64,000 nt of DNA, from contig NW_001865080.1 in the NCBI RefSeq assembly GCF_000002865.3, positions 185,716 through 249,715 on the forward strand, in the 5' to 3' direction. Below the pieces are notes generated by a model. The model saw only the letters and a list, made by a program, of their open reading frames with translations, was not told the origin of the DNA and ran no database searches. This DNA is from Monosiga brevicollis MX1. Lineage: Eukaryota. Positions 19,453-33,265 of this stretch are shown here, piece by piece (the stretch's first letter is position 1; each line of letters starts with the position of its first letter). Made by a program: the position numbers and the translations under genes.

Positions 19453-22032
19453 ATGCAGGAGCGTCGGGCAAGGCGGGGCGGGGTTGCCTCCCGCTGGTTG
19501 CTGCTTTGTCTTGGGTTGACGCTGCAGACTGCAGCTCAGCAGTCGACAGAGCTGGAGACTCGGCTGGCGAGAGTGCAGACATTGCAGCAGACGCTGGTCA
19601 GTTGTACGGCCAATCTCAGCCGCGCTGGGGTCTCCGTACAGCCCGAAAACACGACACTGGCCACCGCTCAGCTCTTTTCCCAATACATTCCCTTTGACAC
19701 CAATCACACCATGATTCTGGCCCAGAGCATCGCCGCTTTCAATCGCCACCCCAACATCACGGACCAAGACATAAGCGCCGCCCAGCTCGTGCCCCTAACC
19801 GAGGCCACACAGCTCCAGGGTGTGCTGCAGCGTGCCGTGGACGAATGCAACCGCATGGCGCAGGGTGGATCACGCCCCCACCTTCCCATCCTGACAATGC
19901 CCATCACCTTCAACAGCACGACGGGCGCCTTTCAAAACGTCCACGGTGAGCCCCTTCTGCTCACGGGCTACAACGAGGCTCCAAGTTTGGACAACAATCC
20001 TCAGCACACGGCCATGGCCCGGGCACTCGGCGTCTATACGTACGGGGTGGGGTTCAACGTCGCCCAACTTATGCCTACGCCGTGGAATATATCGCAGGAG
20101 GCCATCAGCAATATCAAGTCGAACGTGGTGGCACAAGGTCTTCAAGGACGACTCGCCTCGCTTACCATGTCCAACGGCCGGCAGGGCGGCTCAAACAGCC
20201 CAACCTCATACGCCATGCCAGCATGGGCACGGGACATGTACCCCGAAATCAACCGGGATGCCGGTCAAAACCAATTTTGCAGCTATGACATTGACCACCC
20301 CGTCGTTCGAGAAATCTTCAACCAAACCCTCTCCGCGCTCATGCCCGCCATCATTGAGGAGCCGGCACTACTGGACATGCTACTCGCCAACGAGCCGGGC
20401 TACGAACGCACAAACTCGAGCTATACCCTGGCCAAGTTTGTCATCTTTTTGCAGGACTCGTATAACAACAGCATCGCGCTGCTCAATTCTCAGTGGCATA
20501 CCAACTTCTCGAGCTTTGACGACCCGCGCATTGCTCAGGCCATGAGCCCCCTTGCTTTTGGCCAGGCCCAGACGTTGGTCTGGGAGCGCTTCAACATGTT
20601 GCGCGTGACGGACTTTTACACTTTTCTTCACACTGTCATTCAAGACGCCGCTGGCGGCCGAGCCAAGCTTCACGTCAAAACCACCAACAGCGATTCCCTC
20701 CTGGGCCCGCACCACTACAATGGCATTGACCGCCAAGCTCTGGGTCAGCTCATGGAGATGCACGATTGTGATACGCGTGCGCAAGCCAGCAGCAAGCCCC
20801 ACCTAACACTGAATCAGTATCCACCCAACACGTACGCCCTGGACTGGGTCACTCTCACCGCTAGCTATCGCGCCATGCAGCAACTCTCAACCGAGGTCAA
20901 ACCAGTCATCGATTCGGAATGGCATGTCATCAGCACCGTCTCCTTCCGCAACCCCGATATTTCCTGGAAGCACGTGCGCGCCTGCACCTGGCTGGGCTCG
21001 CTACATGGCCTCTCGCTCGTGACCTCCTGGTATTGGGGTCGAGGTAAGCAATTTTGCACGGGCGGGGCATGTGCGTGCATCGAGGTGTCGAGCAGAGATG
21101 GGATACAAGGCGGGGCAAGCAGAGACCGTGCGCAACATCAGCAGCTAACATCGGGTGTTTGGTGGTGACTGTGCATCTGGCGCACCGTCGTGGTAGCCGA
21201 CTGGGAGGCCACGCCCAAAATGTCGCGGGAGTTTGCAGGTGCCGATTTTGCGTACAGCCAACTGAACCAACCACAACTCTTGGATACGTTTGTACGGGCT
21301 GGACAAGAGGTTTCAGCGCTCGGTCATCTCGCCGCCCCAATTCGTCAGCAGAAGCCCCAGGTCTACTTGTTTTTCTCAGAGCTCTCCGCGATCCTGGCGC
21401 CCGGCTACATGGAGTTTACGCAAGTCTTGTACAGCCTGTTGGCCATGACCAGCCTGAATGTGGGCTTTGCATATGAGTCGGACCCGGACCTGACCACCAA
21501 GATCCAGGGTTCCATGCTCGTACTGCCACCAGCACTGTGTACCTTTGCGCCCCTACCCCCGCGCTTGCGAGCCTTGCATCAAGCGGGTACTGCGCACCTG
21601 GTGTTGGCCACCAACAGTTCATTGCACAATCAGACATTTACGCTTGATGAACTGGCTCAGCTGGCCTCGTTGCCCACATTTGTGATGGACGGCCTTGCTG
21701 ATGCCTCGGCCTTTGCTAAGCTCGTGTCATTTTTCGAGGCCCACGGCCCCGCTTCTCCTGCGTTGCGCTGTACGCAGCCGACGGGCGAGCATTCGTCTGA
21801 CAACGTCGCAGTCGTTGGTGAGGGCAAGCTCTCAAACGTGTTTGGCCTATTGTGCTTCAGCGCAAGCGCGGAGGCGGTGGTCTTGATTAATGTGCTCAAC
21901 GCGACGATCGAGGCAACGGTTTCATCCAGCAGCGGCCAAAATCTCTCCTTTTACGATGCGTGGACGGGCGACAAAGTCAACGCCACCGTTGCGCTGGCAC
22001 CGCTTGATGTGTTGGTGCTGACGACCTCTTGA
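19453..22032 (+). CDS. Secreted clan GH-A glycoside hydrolase, GH42 beta-galactosidase-like; 1-2 introns near 21044-21197
   Basis: Signal peptide (WLLLCLGLTLQTAAQ); MPAWARDMYPE; YDIDHPVVR; LANEP (putative acid/base); IALLNSQWHTNFSSFDD (GH42 LN.AWGT.Y.SF); IDSEWH (putative nucleophile). Confidence 0.75.
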
Positions 22033-22184
22033 TCCATCAGGCATGAAGCGACAGTTGTATTGATGTGCAGGCCTGCCAAATGGGGTGGACAGCGCAGCGC
22101 CTTTGGGACGTTTGTTTCTTGAAAATTGATATCGGTCGATTAAAACAGTGATCGGTCAAGTGGGCATCTGGTAAAAAAAGTCTG

Positions 22185-24105
<1,921 letters not shown>

Positions 24106-24338
24106 CTTGAGCTGACTTCACTGCCTCCAACACGGAAATAAATGCTTTTGTGACGGGACTACCAAGCAAACGTGCAAGCAATTTCTTCTGGTTCCCTTGT
24201 GTTGCTTGTGTGATTGTGAGTCCGAAGTTTTCGAGGCACTGACCGCACGCACACTGGGTGGGTACGCTGGGAAAGGGCAGCGGTATTGGTGCGTTGGCGT
24301 GGTGTTGCTGGTGATTGTGGGGAGCTGTTTGGTGGGAC

Positions 24339-24375
<37 letters not shown>

Positions 24376-24395
24376 TTCGTGAATACCTTGGGACC

Positions 24396-25661
24396 ATGTC
24401 GTACGCACCTTATGGTGCTTTTGATCGGGCGGGCCGCGATCGCTCCGCTGCGTCGCGTCCGCCATCAGGGCAGCAGGCCCCCGCTGAAGATGCCTCAAGT
24501 TTCGCCTTTCAAAAGTTTCCACCCAAACCATTTCGGCAGACTGCGTACGCGCGCCGGCCAGAGACACGCCAAGTGACGCTGGGCTGCAAACCGGACCAGC
24601 ATCGCTTTGTTCTAACAAAGCCGACACCACCACAGCGCCTTCGATTGAGCATCAGGTCACAGGTGCGACAAGAAGCTTTGGCGAACCATCAAGATATCCC
24701 ACCCGAGCCAGTCCTGCTGGTTTGCAATGGCAATGAAATTACAGCAGACACTGTCACCGTGGACCAACCCACTGTGAAGTGTTGCCTCTGTCGCAATTCA
24801 ACTCCTTGGGCCATCCTCAAGCTGGGCGACATTGTGAACCTGTGTGCCCGATATCCCGATAAGCGCTGGCTTCACCGTTGGCTCAAAAAACTGTACCCCG
24901 CTGAACGCGAACGGCTATCTGCACGCGCTCGTCGCAATGGCCATCGGCTCAGCGATGCGCTGGACCCTGCTGCTACTGCCTTGGAGCGGGCCAAACAGCT
25001 GATTGATCAGCCCCAGCCTTCTTCAGCATCGACGTCACGACGAACCTCCACCCCTAGCAGCCCGAGCTCATACGCTCATGCGAGGGTCGAAGCGCCTCTC
25101 TCGGCCAAAGGCGTGCGTGAACGCCGCTCATCCAGTGGGCAAGCTGCTATACAACGGAGCACAGCCCGGGCTCAATCATCTTCAAGCCCCATGCTGCGCT
25201 CAACTGATCATGCTCAAGGCTTGCGCCTTTCCAGTGACCTAGCAGCCACATCGCGTATCTACACCCCTTCAACGCCCACACCATGGTTTTCAGCTCACAG
25301 CTCCGTGTCGCGGTCGATGCCCGCCAGCCGCCGGATGAGTACCCCTCTGTCTTCTGTTCAGAGCTCCGTGACAGAGAGCCCGCGATCTTCAATGTTCATG
25401 CCGCAATGGTCATCGGCCTCTTCCGCCGCTGCACCTTCTTTGGCTGCCTCCCAAGACCAAGAGCGCATTGCTCAACTTGAGAGAAGTCTGCAGGAAGCCC
25501 AAGTTTTGATCGCGGAACAGCAAAGCGAGCTGCACCGACATCACCGTGGTCCGTCACCCTCACCACCCACCTTCTCAGCCTATCCCGATGCCGTGAGTGC
25601 ACAGGCGGCTGCACTAAGGTTCTACAAGCAGGCGCAAGAGCGCCGGCTTCTTGACGACTAG
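24396..25661 (+). CDS. Hypothetical protein, Ser-rich middle and C-terminal coiled coil; apparently single exon
   Basis: About 420-codon open frame from ATG 24396 (MSYAPYGAF). Heptad pattern in QERIAQLERSLQEAQVLIAEQQSEL. Confidence 0.6.
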   Translation: MSYAPYGAFDRAGRDRSAASRPPSGQQAPAEDASSFAFQKFPPKPFRQTAYARRPETRQVTLGCKPDQHRFVLTKPTPPQRLRLSIRSQVRQEALANHQDIPPEPVLLVCNGNEITADTVTVDQPTVKCCLCRNSTPWAILKLGDIVNLCARYPDKRWLHRWLKKLYPAERERLSARARRNGHRLSDALDPAATALERAKQLIDQPQPSSASTSRRTSTPSSPSSYAHARVEAPLSAKGVRERRSSSGQAAIQRSTARAQSSSSPMLRSTDHAQGLRLSSDLAATSRIYTPSTPTPWFSAHSSVSRSMPASRRMSTPLSSVQSSVTESPRSSMFMPQWSSASSAAAPSLAASQDQERIAQLERSLQEAQVLIAEQQSELHRHHRGPSPSPPTFSAYPDAVSAQAAALRFYKQAQERRLLDD

Positions 25662-26100
25662 GACCTTTGTGCCCTCGGTTGGCGGGTGAAAGTAAAAATT
25701 TACATCCTCTTGGATGGTACGTGCCAGTACGGTTGAGGCAAGGCCAGGTGCTCGAGTCTTTGGTGCATGCGTGAGCTTGTGCGTCGATTTTTCCGTCTCA
25801 AAATTAAACAAATCAAAACCGCAGACAAACCCACACCCCATCCAAAAGGTCAAGATCACGACAGCCTTGCATAGTCAAGCCTGGTGCGTATACAAAAACG
25901 GTCAGCCCACAAAATTGCAGTAACACGCGGTATGAACAACAGGAGAAAGAAAAAAAAGAAGAAGAAAGGTGCAACCAAAAAGAAGAAGGAACGCAGGTCG
26001 GCAAATCTAGTCTTGACTTTGGGAAAAAAAAGAAGAAGAAGAAGAAGAAAAAGAAGAAGAAGAGGAAGAAGAGGAAGCAAAACGTGGGGCAGACAGGCGT

Positions 26101-28111
26101 CTATGCCTGGGGCACGGGAAGCTCGTTCACGTAAGGCATCTTGCCGTCCCAAACAGCCCAGTCGCAGTTGGCCTCAACGCCGAGGTTGTTGGTACCGCGG
26201 ATCAGGTAGAACCAGTTGGTATCGGCCCAGTAGGTGCCCCACGAGTTGCGAATGATCCAGTACGGGACGTTGTTCTCCACGCCCCAGCCGGCAATCTCGA
26301 TCTCGTGGTCAAGGCTGACATCGCCAGTAGTATCGTTGAAGATGCCCTGACCATTCCAAGTCTCCAGCGCGGGGGGAACGGCAATAGTGCCAGCGATGGG
26401 GCCACGTGCGTAGATCTCAGCCATCATGTTGTGCTCGCCGGCCACCTGACCGTACTCAGCAATGTGCAGCTTTGGGGGATCAGAGATGGCGGTGCAGGTG
26501 CCGGTCTCAGGGGAGCACGTCTTGCACGTGTTGGCCGCATTGCAGACCTCGTCCTTGGCCAGGTAGTTGGTGCAAGTCTCATCGGGGATACCGTTCTCGT
26601 AGATCCAGTTGTGAGCAGCGGTGGGATCACCACCTTCGCAGCCATGGGTCTCGTTGGCGGTCACGCAGTTGACCAAGACCTGCACGGAGGGCTGAATATC
26701 GGGGAAAGCTCCCTTGCGGAGCAGCTTGATGCGATCGGCCAGAGCCGAGGTGGTGCCGTGCGCCCAGCAGCTGCCGCAGTACTGGGGGATGTGCTGGTTG
26801 CGGTTGGCGGTGGTGTAGTCCATGCCGTTGATGTTGCGGGGATCGTACGTCTCGGGCAAGTCCTCGGGCGTGAGGTAGGTATGGGGCAGGGGGGAGACAA
26901 CGTGGCTGGACTTGACGTTGTGGCGCACGGCCTTGCCCTTGGTGGCGGGGTCAAAGAGGGAGCCTTCGGCGAATTGGTGCGAGGTGAAAGCAGGCATGTC
27001 GACGGTGCGGTGCATGAAGAGGCGGCCAGCGGCGCGGGCCTCAAGTTCAGCGGTAATCTCAGCACCAAGGTTGATGTAAGGCTCCATGGCGGAGACGTTC
27101 TTGTGGAAGGCCGGGACGGCAAACGCAGGCTGGGAGTTGATGGCGAGGTTGTTCTCGTGCATGTTGATGCGGAAGAAGCCCTCCTCACCAAAATAGGTAC
27201 CCCACTAGAGCAAGCCAGACAAGGCAAACGATGAGTGGGCGCAAGCTGGGTACAGGCAAAGCCTTGTGGCCTGAAAGGTGGCTTACGCTGTTGCGCACGA
27301 CCCAGTACTCAGTGCCATCCTCGACACCCCAGCCGACGATGGAGATCTCGTGGTTAGGTACGGGGAGAATCTTCTCCTCACTGAAGATGCCATGGGTGTA
27401 GGCCTCGAGCTTGTCAGTGGCATCAATGCCAGCCACAATGGGACCGCGGGCGTAAATCTAGCAGCCAAATCCAGACGGTGAGAATGCACGGCTACCGAGC
27501 TTGTGGTTTAAGAGAGGGGGCTTGAAAGCAGACGGTGTCACGGGCGCAGGCGTACCTCGGCCTTCATCTGATCCACACCCACGAGGTTGCCAAACTCGGC
27601 CACGTAGTAGAGGGTGTAGTTGGTGATGGGGCTGCAACCCTTGTTAGGGTCGCACGTTTCGCAGATGCCCATGGCGGTGCATTCGCCATCGCGGGCTTCA
27701 TAGTTCTAAAAGCGGGCCAACAGGTGCAAACGAGTGAGGGGCACGGTTTGACCGAGTGTCAAGGCCGAGTGTCAAGGTTACGGTTGAAGAAAACAAACCT
27801 GGCAAGTCTCATCGGGCACGCCGTTACGATGGATGTGCTCAAAAACGGGACCTATCAAAGCATAAAGGTGAGGTAGGTTGACGAAGATGAGACCCATTGG
27901 AGCGGGACATAATCATGAAGAAGCGGGCAGGGGGACGCACCAGCATTGCCGCCCTCGCAGCTCACGCCGGCGTTGCAGTTGAGGAGAACCTGAGACAATC
28001 ACATAAAATCAGCCGGGCCAGGTGATTGACAAGGGGGTGAGCTCAAGCGATGACCTGAAGAAATGCCAACGGAAATCAACCCCCACGAGCTCTCCAAAGA
28101 AGGGAAAAGAA

Positions 28112-28156
<45 letters not shown>

Positions 28157-28508
28157 GGACCTGGGGGGCAAGGTTGATTTCGGGCCAGGCCTTGCGGCGG
28201 AGGATGGCCATGCGGTCATTCAGAGAAGAAGTGGTGGCAAAGGCAACACAGCTGCCGCAGTACTCGGGAATGTGCTGGTTGCGGCTGCGAGTCAGGTAGT
28301 TGACGCCAGAGACGTTGGCCCAGGAGAAGGTTGTGGGGAGGTCCTCGACGTTGATGTACTCGTGGGGGCGGGGGGCGCTGATGCGCTCACCCTCGGGGAA
28401 AACAAGCTGGCTGTCGCGGCACATGCCTCGCAGCGGCTTGGCCGACGCCAACGCGACGGCCAAGCCCAAAAGGGCCAAGCCCAAAAGGGCCAAGCTCAAA
28501 ACCTGCAT
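26101..28508 (-). CDS. CTSZ: Cathepsin Z/X-like papain (C1A) protease with two tandem catalytic domains; multi-exon
   Basis: Signal peptide MQVLSLALLGLALLG. Domain 1: RNQHIPEYCGSCVAF...NHEISIVGWG...YWVVRNSWG. Domain 2: RNQHIPQYCGSCWAH...DHEIEIAGWG...YWIIRNSWG. The HIP mini-loop is diagnostic of cathepsin Z. Confidence 0.92.
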
Positions 28509-28625
28509 CTTCAACGGTCAATCTACACAGGCAGCCATGACACATATCAGAACACCGACCCTACAAACAGCCCTCGACGCTAAAATAATATAAAGATCTC
28601 TCGCTGAAACGAGAGAAGAAAAATG

Positions 28626-28671
<46 letters not shown>

Positions 28672-28734
28672 TGTGTGTGTGTGTGTGTATTTTTGGAGGA
28701 ACTTGTTGTGTTCGCCTCTTGTGCGATTTTTTTT

Positions 28735-28850
<116 letters not shown>

Positions 28851-29804
28851 TCGTGTCAAAGCAAAGTACTGTTTATATGATCGATCCTCAGGCAGACACA
28901 TACGGTCGAAGATCATTTGGCTGGGTGGCTGGAAGAGGGACGGCGGGACGGGAGGAGGAGGAACAGCGTGGGGGAAAGGGGGCTTGTTTTTGAATGTGGC
29001 AGGGTGAGTTGGACTACGAATGGTATCTGTTAGATTCTATTTTAAAAAGAAGTTCAACCCGGCAAGGTGCCTGGGTGATATGGGAGCGCAAGTTGGTGTT
29101 ATGGACAGTGTGGCTCGAGCCAAAGACAACCAACAAACAGAGACATGAACTGACACAGACGAGTCAAATGATGCGGCGATGGGGCGCGTTCCCAAACCCC
29201 GCCACCGCCAAAAGGGCATGAGCCCGGGACACAAAGTACACAACGGACGGACAACCAAGAACGGGATCAAGCGGGTCAAGTATGACACCCAGAACAGTTG
29301 AACCGGTTCAACAGGCACCAGTCAACTCCATCAGCAGAATGACAGGAGCAAAAAGGAAAACAAAAAGTAAGGAACACGGAAAAGAAAAAGAGAAGAAGAA
29401 GAAGAAAGGACGGATTCAAAAACAAGTGGAACTGGCATCCATGACTCTGTGATCATCGAGCCAGAGGACCAAAAAAAAAACAAAAAAAAAAAAAAACTGC
29501 GGGGGCTGAGGGAGAGCAAACCAAACACAAAACCACGAAACCAGAAAGCAGAAACGGGCGGGTCACAGGGATGTAGCCACACGTGTTCCCGACAGCAGCG
29601 CCACAGCAGCGCAGCAAGCAGCTTTTTGGCCAAGCACACAAACACGCAGGACATGACAGAGGGACCGGACAGTCAGACAAAGCACTCGCTGGCCCCTTGC
29701 GGATCAGGACAAACAGACAACACACAGCGAGCTCGTTCAGAAGAGCTCAGGCAGCAGAGCTTGGCTTCCGGCTTCCGCCTTCCTTGCACGGCAGCGAACA
29801 AGAA

Positions 29805-31465
29805 TCAGGCAGAGCGAGGCACGTCGTTGCCAAGAGCCGCGGAATCCTCGGCGAAATCGTCATCCTCATCGGCAAACGTGTCCAGGAGTGAGATGCACGG
29901 GTCGGTGAGACGATACTCATGATGTAACGAGTCGGCAAATTCGGGCACGGCACTGGCGGTGGACGGGGGTAGCATGAGAGACAAGAGCATGGGCTCGTCT
30001 TGCTCATGATAGGATGGATCCATGCTCAGGCGATTGGACCGCAGAGGGTCGCGCAGTGGCGACTCGAGCGGGGTGGCAGCCAGTATCCGATCGGGTACAG
30101 AGCGGAGAGTGCTGGGTCGCGGTTTGGGGCGTTTCCGGGCCGCTTGACTTCGCGAGTCGACTGTCGAGGCAGTGGTCGAGCTGGCCGCAAGCTGCGAACT
30201 TGGGCTGTGAGACCGCACGACATTGGTGGAGCTGCAAGCTTGGTCCAAGCTTGGTGCCATAAAACTCAGGGGATTGGTGACGAGGTCCGGGTCTGCGGCG
30301 TGGAGATCACTGAGGGAAGGTTGCGTTTGGCTCAACAGCGACACGGCCACCTGTCCGGGGCCTTGGATCTGGAGTGTAAACTGGCTGGTCGATGGGTTGG
30401 GAGTCGGGACCGCTGACAGACAATGACAAAGGCATGGTACGGTGAGCCACCACTGGCAAGCGGCCGAACATAGGGGAGAACCTCCGACCTGGTGCCAGAC
30501 TGGGTCAAGGAGCCGTCACTTACTCATTGTGCTTCCCGGTGGAGCTTGAACGATAAAGACGGTGCGATCACGAACAGTGGCCAGAGTAGCCATGTCACTT
30601 TTGGCAACATGGGCCAAGGATTGTCGTTTGCTGAGAAGTTGACGCATGCTGGCTGCCGAGGTGGAATGCAGCAGTTTGAGCCTTTCAATCTGATCGTCCA
30701 AGGACTTGAGTTCATCCTGGCACAGCGTCAAGAACCGATGGGTGATGAGCGAAACGAGAGCGAGCTAAACTTGGAGCCGTGGGGGCGAGCCTTGGCACAC
30801 CTCGCGGTTTTCCTGCACGCGCTGGCCTTCGGGAGAGGTGGCATCGGGGACCCATTCCAGTACTTCATCGTTGCGGGTTCGGCGACGAATGAGACCCAAT
30901 TCTGCACAGGCACGCGGTCAACCACACGACACGAGCATGAGTATGCAAGTCACAGCCGGCAAGTAAGAAAGAACAAGCACGCATGCTTTGAGACGGAGCA
31001 TCTGCCTTCGCCGGCAGGAAGTGGCTGAAGCGGCCCGGCACCAACACAACAGAAATTGAACCCTCATGGCGAGCGGGCCGAACCTTGGAGGGCGTCAGCG
31101 ACGGGGGCGGGGTAGTTGTCATTGGGCTGGAGGAGGCCTTGGTCCGAGGTGCGAAGGGCCTGGAGCAAGCTGATGGTTTGTTCAAAGAGGGGGGCGCCCG
31201 GGCCCAACAGGGGTGAGTCAGGGTGGGTATCGGCATCCTCGATGTCGCTGTCATCCTGCGGCTGGGTGGACGTGTTGTTGGAGGTGTCGAGCTGGAGTTG
31301 AACAGCCGCGGAAGCGCCACGACGAGCGCGTTTAGGCATGGGCTGCGAATGATGCACGCGGCGCTCCGGAGTGGTGGCCAGACGGTCTTCGGGAAAGACG
31401 GGCTGCGAGCTGTCAATCTCGAGCATTTTGGCGGCTGCGGCGGGGGGGCCGCTGCTGTGACTCAT
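29805..31465 (-). CDS. Divergent E2F-family transcription factor; 4 coding exons
   Basis: Spliced product has a winged-helix-like segment ...ADALQELGLIRRRTRNDEVLEW and a coiled coil/marked box DELKSLDDQIERL...LAHVAKSDM...TVFIVQAPPGSTMTVPTP...FTLQIQGPGQVAVSLL (E2F LAYVT..DI...IAIKAP.GT.LEVP). The C-terminus EYRL...LLDTFAD resembles the pocket-protein binding motif. Confidence 0.75.
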
Positions 31466-32542
31466 GGAGCATTGAGTCAAATATGTCGCTGAGACGTGGG
31501 GGAGGTTCCCGGCGAAGGCAACGGAGAGCTTGAAGGAGGAAGGGCTCTTCTTCTCTTTGTTGAAAAGAGTTGGAGTGGGAAGACGGAGCGGGAGCGAGCG
31601 GGGGCGAAAGGGAGAGGAGGCAGAGGGAAGCAGGATGAAGCTTGGTGAAGAGGCCTGGACCACGAGGCAAGGGTGGCGCTGTCGCTTGGTGCACCCTGGG
31701 TCGGGTCCGTGCTTGTAGGCGAGGGCAGTGACAGTGGCGAAGGGCGAGCGTTTGTTGTGGCAATGAGAAACTGGCAGCGCGTGGCGAATCGGATCAAATC
31801 GACCACCCGACAATCACCGATACCAGAGCATTTGAATAGCAAGCCAGCACCCCGACCGCGAGTTCTCAGTCGGCTGGTGAGGCGTCACTAAGCTGCGCGA
31901 CGTCTTGACCCATCAAAGATGACAAGCACGCACACACAGAGAGAGAGAGAGAGAGAGACATACACACGCATACACGCATACACACACGATTTGATTTGAT
32001 CTGATCGGCGCGCGCGCTCTCACACAAAAGAAAAAAAGAAAGTGAGAGAGAGAGAGAGAGAGAGTGTGTGTGTGTGTGCGTGTTTCTAGAGCTGCCTACG
32101 AAAAAAAGGCGCTGGGACGCAGCGTCTTTGTCTGAATATATCACGAAAAGCAGGCGGCGGGGGTGGCAGGGTTGAGATGTGGGCTAGAGGGGAGGGTGAT
32201 GGTGGGTGACGGCAGCGCGAGCGGGGTGCGGGCGGCAGCGACGTGGGAGCTGGAGCGGCATCTACGACCACTGCTCGGCGCCAGCGCGCTTTCCTCAGCG
32301 CGTTGAAGTTTGCCGCCAAAACCACACCTTACTGCGCGTTGTGTGTGCTGTTTGTGTTGGGTTTATCACACTTGTGCGATCCTGGGCTTGTCTTGCACAG
32401 GCAATTATCCAAAGGTGACTTTTACGGCTGAAACTATTGTCCAAAACAACCTTGTAATTTGTCTGACAAATCCAATGTCCCATTAACCAAGTAGACGAAG
32501 GTGTAAAGTGTAGTCAGATCTACACTTTAAAAATGTGCATTG

Positions 32543-32574
<32 letters not shown>

Positions 32575-33088
32575 AAGCGTTTCGACGCTGCTGCGGGCAG
32601 AGAGAGTGGCGGTGGCGGTGGCGTGGTGATGGTGGTGGTGGTTCAGGGAGGGAGGGGGAGGCTCTTTTGATTCGGTACCTGGTCTTCAGCTTGTGCAGGA
32701 ACAAGAGGGCTGGCAGAGAGGTGGAGGGTTTCCCTGACTGGGTGCTGGATTGAAGTTGATTGCTGCTATGGGGATAGGCTCTACAGACACTCTCCTCTGG
32801 ACAGCTTGATACGGCGTGTCGACTGGAATCATGGTGTCCATTTGTACAAGTAGAGGTGACAGAGTCATGATGTCGGCCAAAGTTGTTCCTCGCGAGCCTC
32901 GTTGGAGAGAGGACGGATAAACTCACTTGAGACACAAGCAAGAGGAGAGAAGAAAAAGCGCAGGGCCAGTAGGAGCGCGCGAGGGGAGAAAGTGTCTGTG
33001 AGTGAGCTGAGCGAGAGCTCCGAGAGTTCTAAGAACGACAGAGCATGCACACACGCGAGGTACGTCGGCGCACAAAGTACAGCACACT

Positions 33089-33265
33089 GAGATCAGCACC
33101 GAGATCAGCACACCGAGATCAGCACACCAAGATCAGCACACACAGCACACGGAGGTCAGCACACAGAACGCAGCACACACATAGCACACGAAGATCAGCA
33201 CACAGTGTGCAGCACACACATAGCACACGGAGATCAGCACACAGTGTGCAACACACACGAGCACA
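33089..33265. repeat. Intergenic imperfect minisatellite built on GA(G)ATCAGCACAC, including a ~39-bp higher-order unit
   Basis: Six GATCAGCAC cores plus one GGTCAGCAC, spaced by CA-rich linkers. Confidence 0.85.

Noticed and set aside
26305..27234. 309-aa plus-strand ORF
   Set aside because: Antisense shadow of the codon-biased cathepsin Z exon, with no motif of its own.
28458..28496. 15-bp tandem duplication in the cathepsin signal peptide (similar 18-bp duplication at the DHHC N-terminus, ~18668-18708)
   Set aside because: Ordinary in-frame slippage in weakly constrained peptide regions.
33089..33265. Possible CRISPR-like array
   Set aside because: Cores are only 9-13 nt, the spacers are themselves repetitive, there are no cas genes, and the context is eukaryotic.
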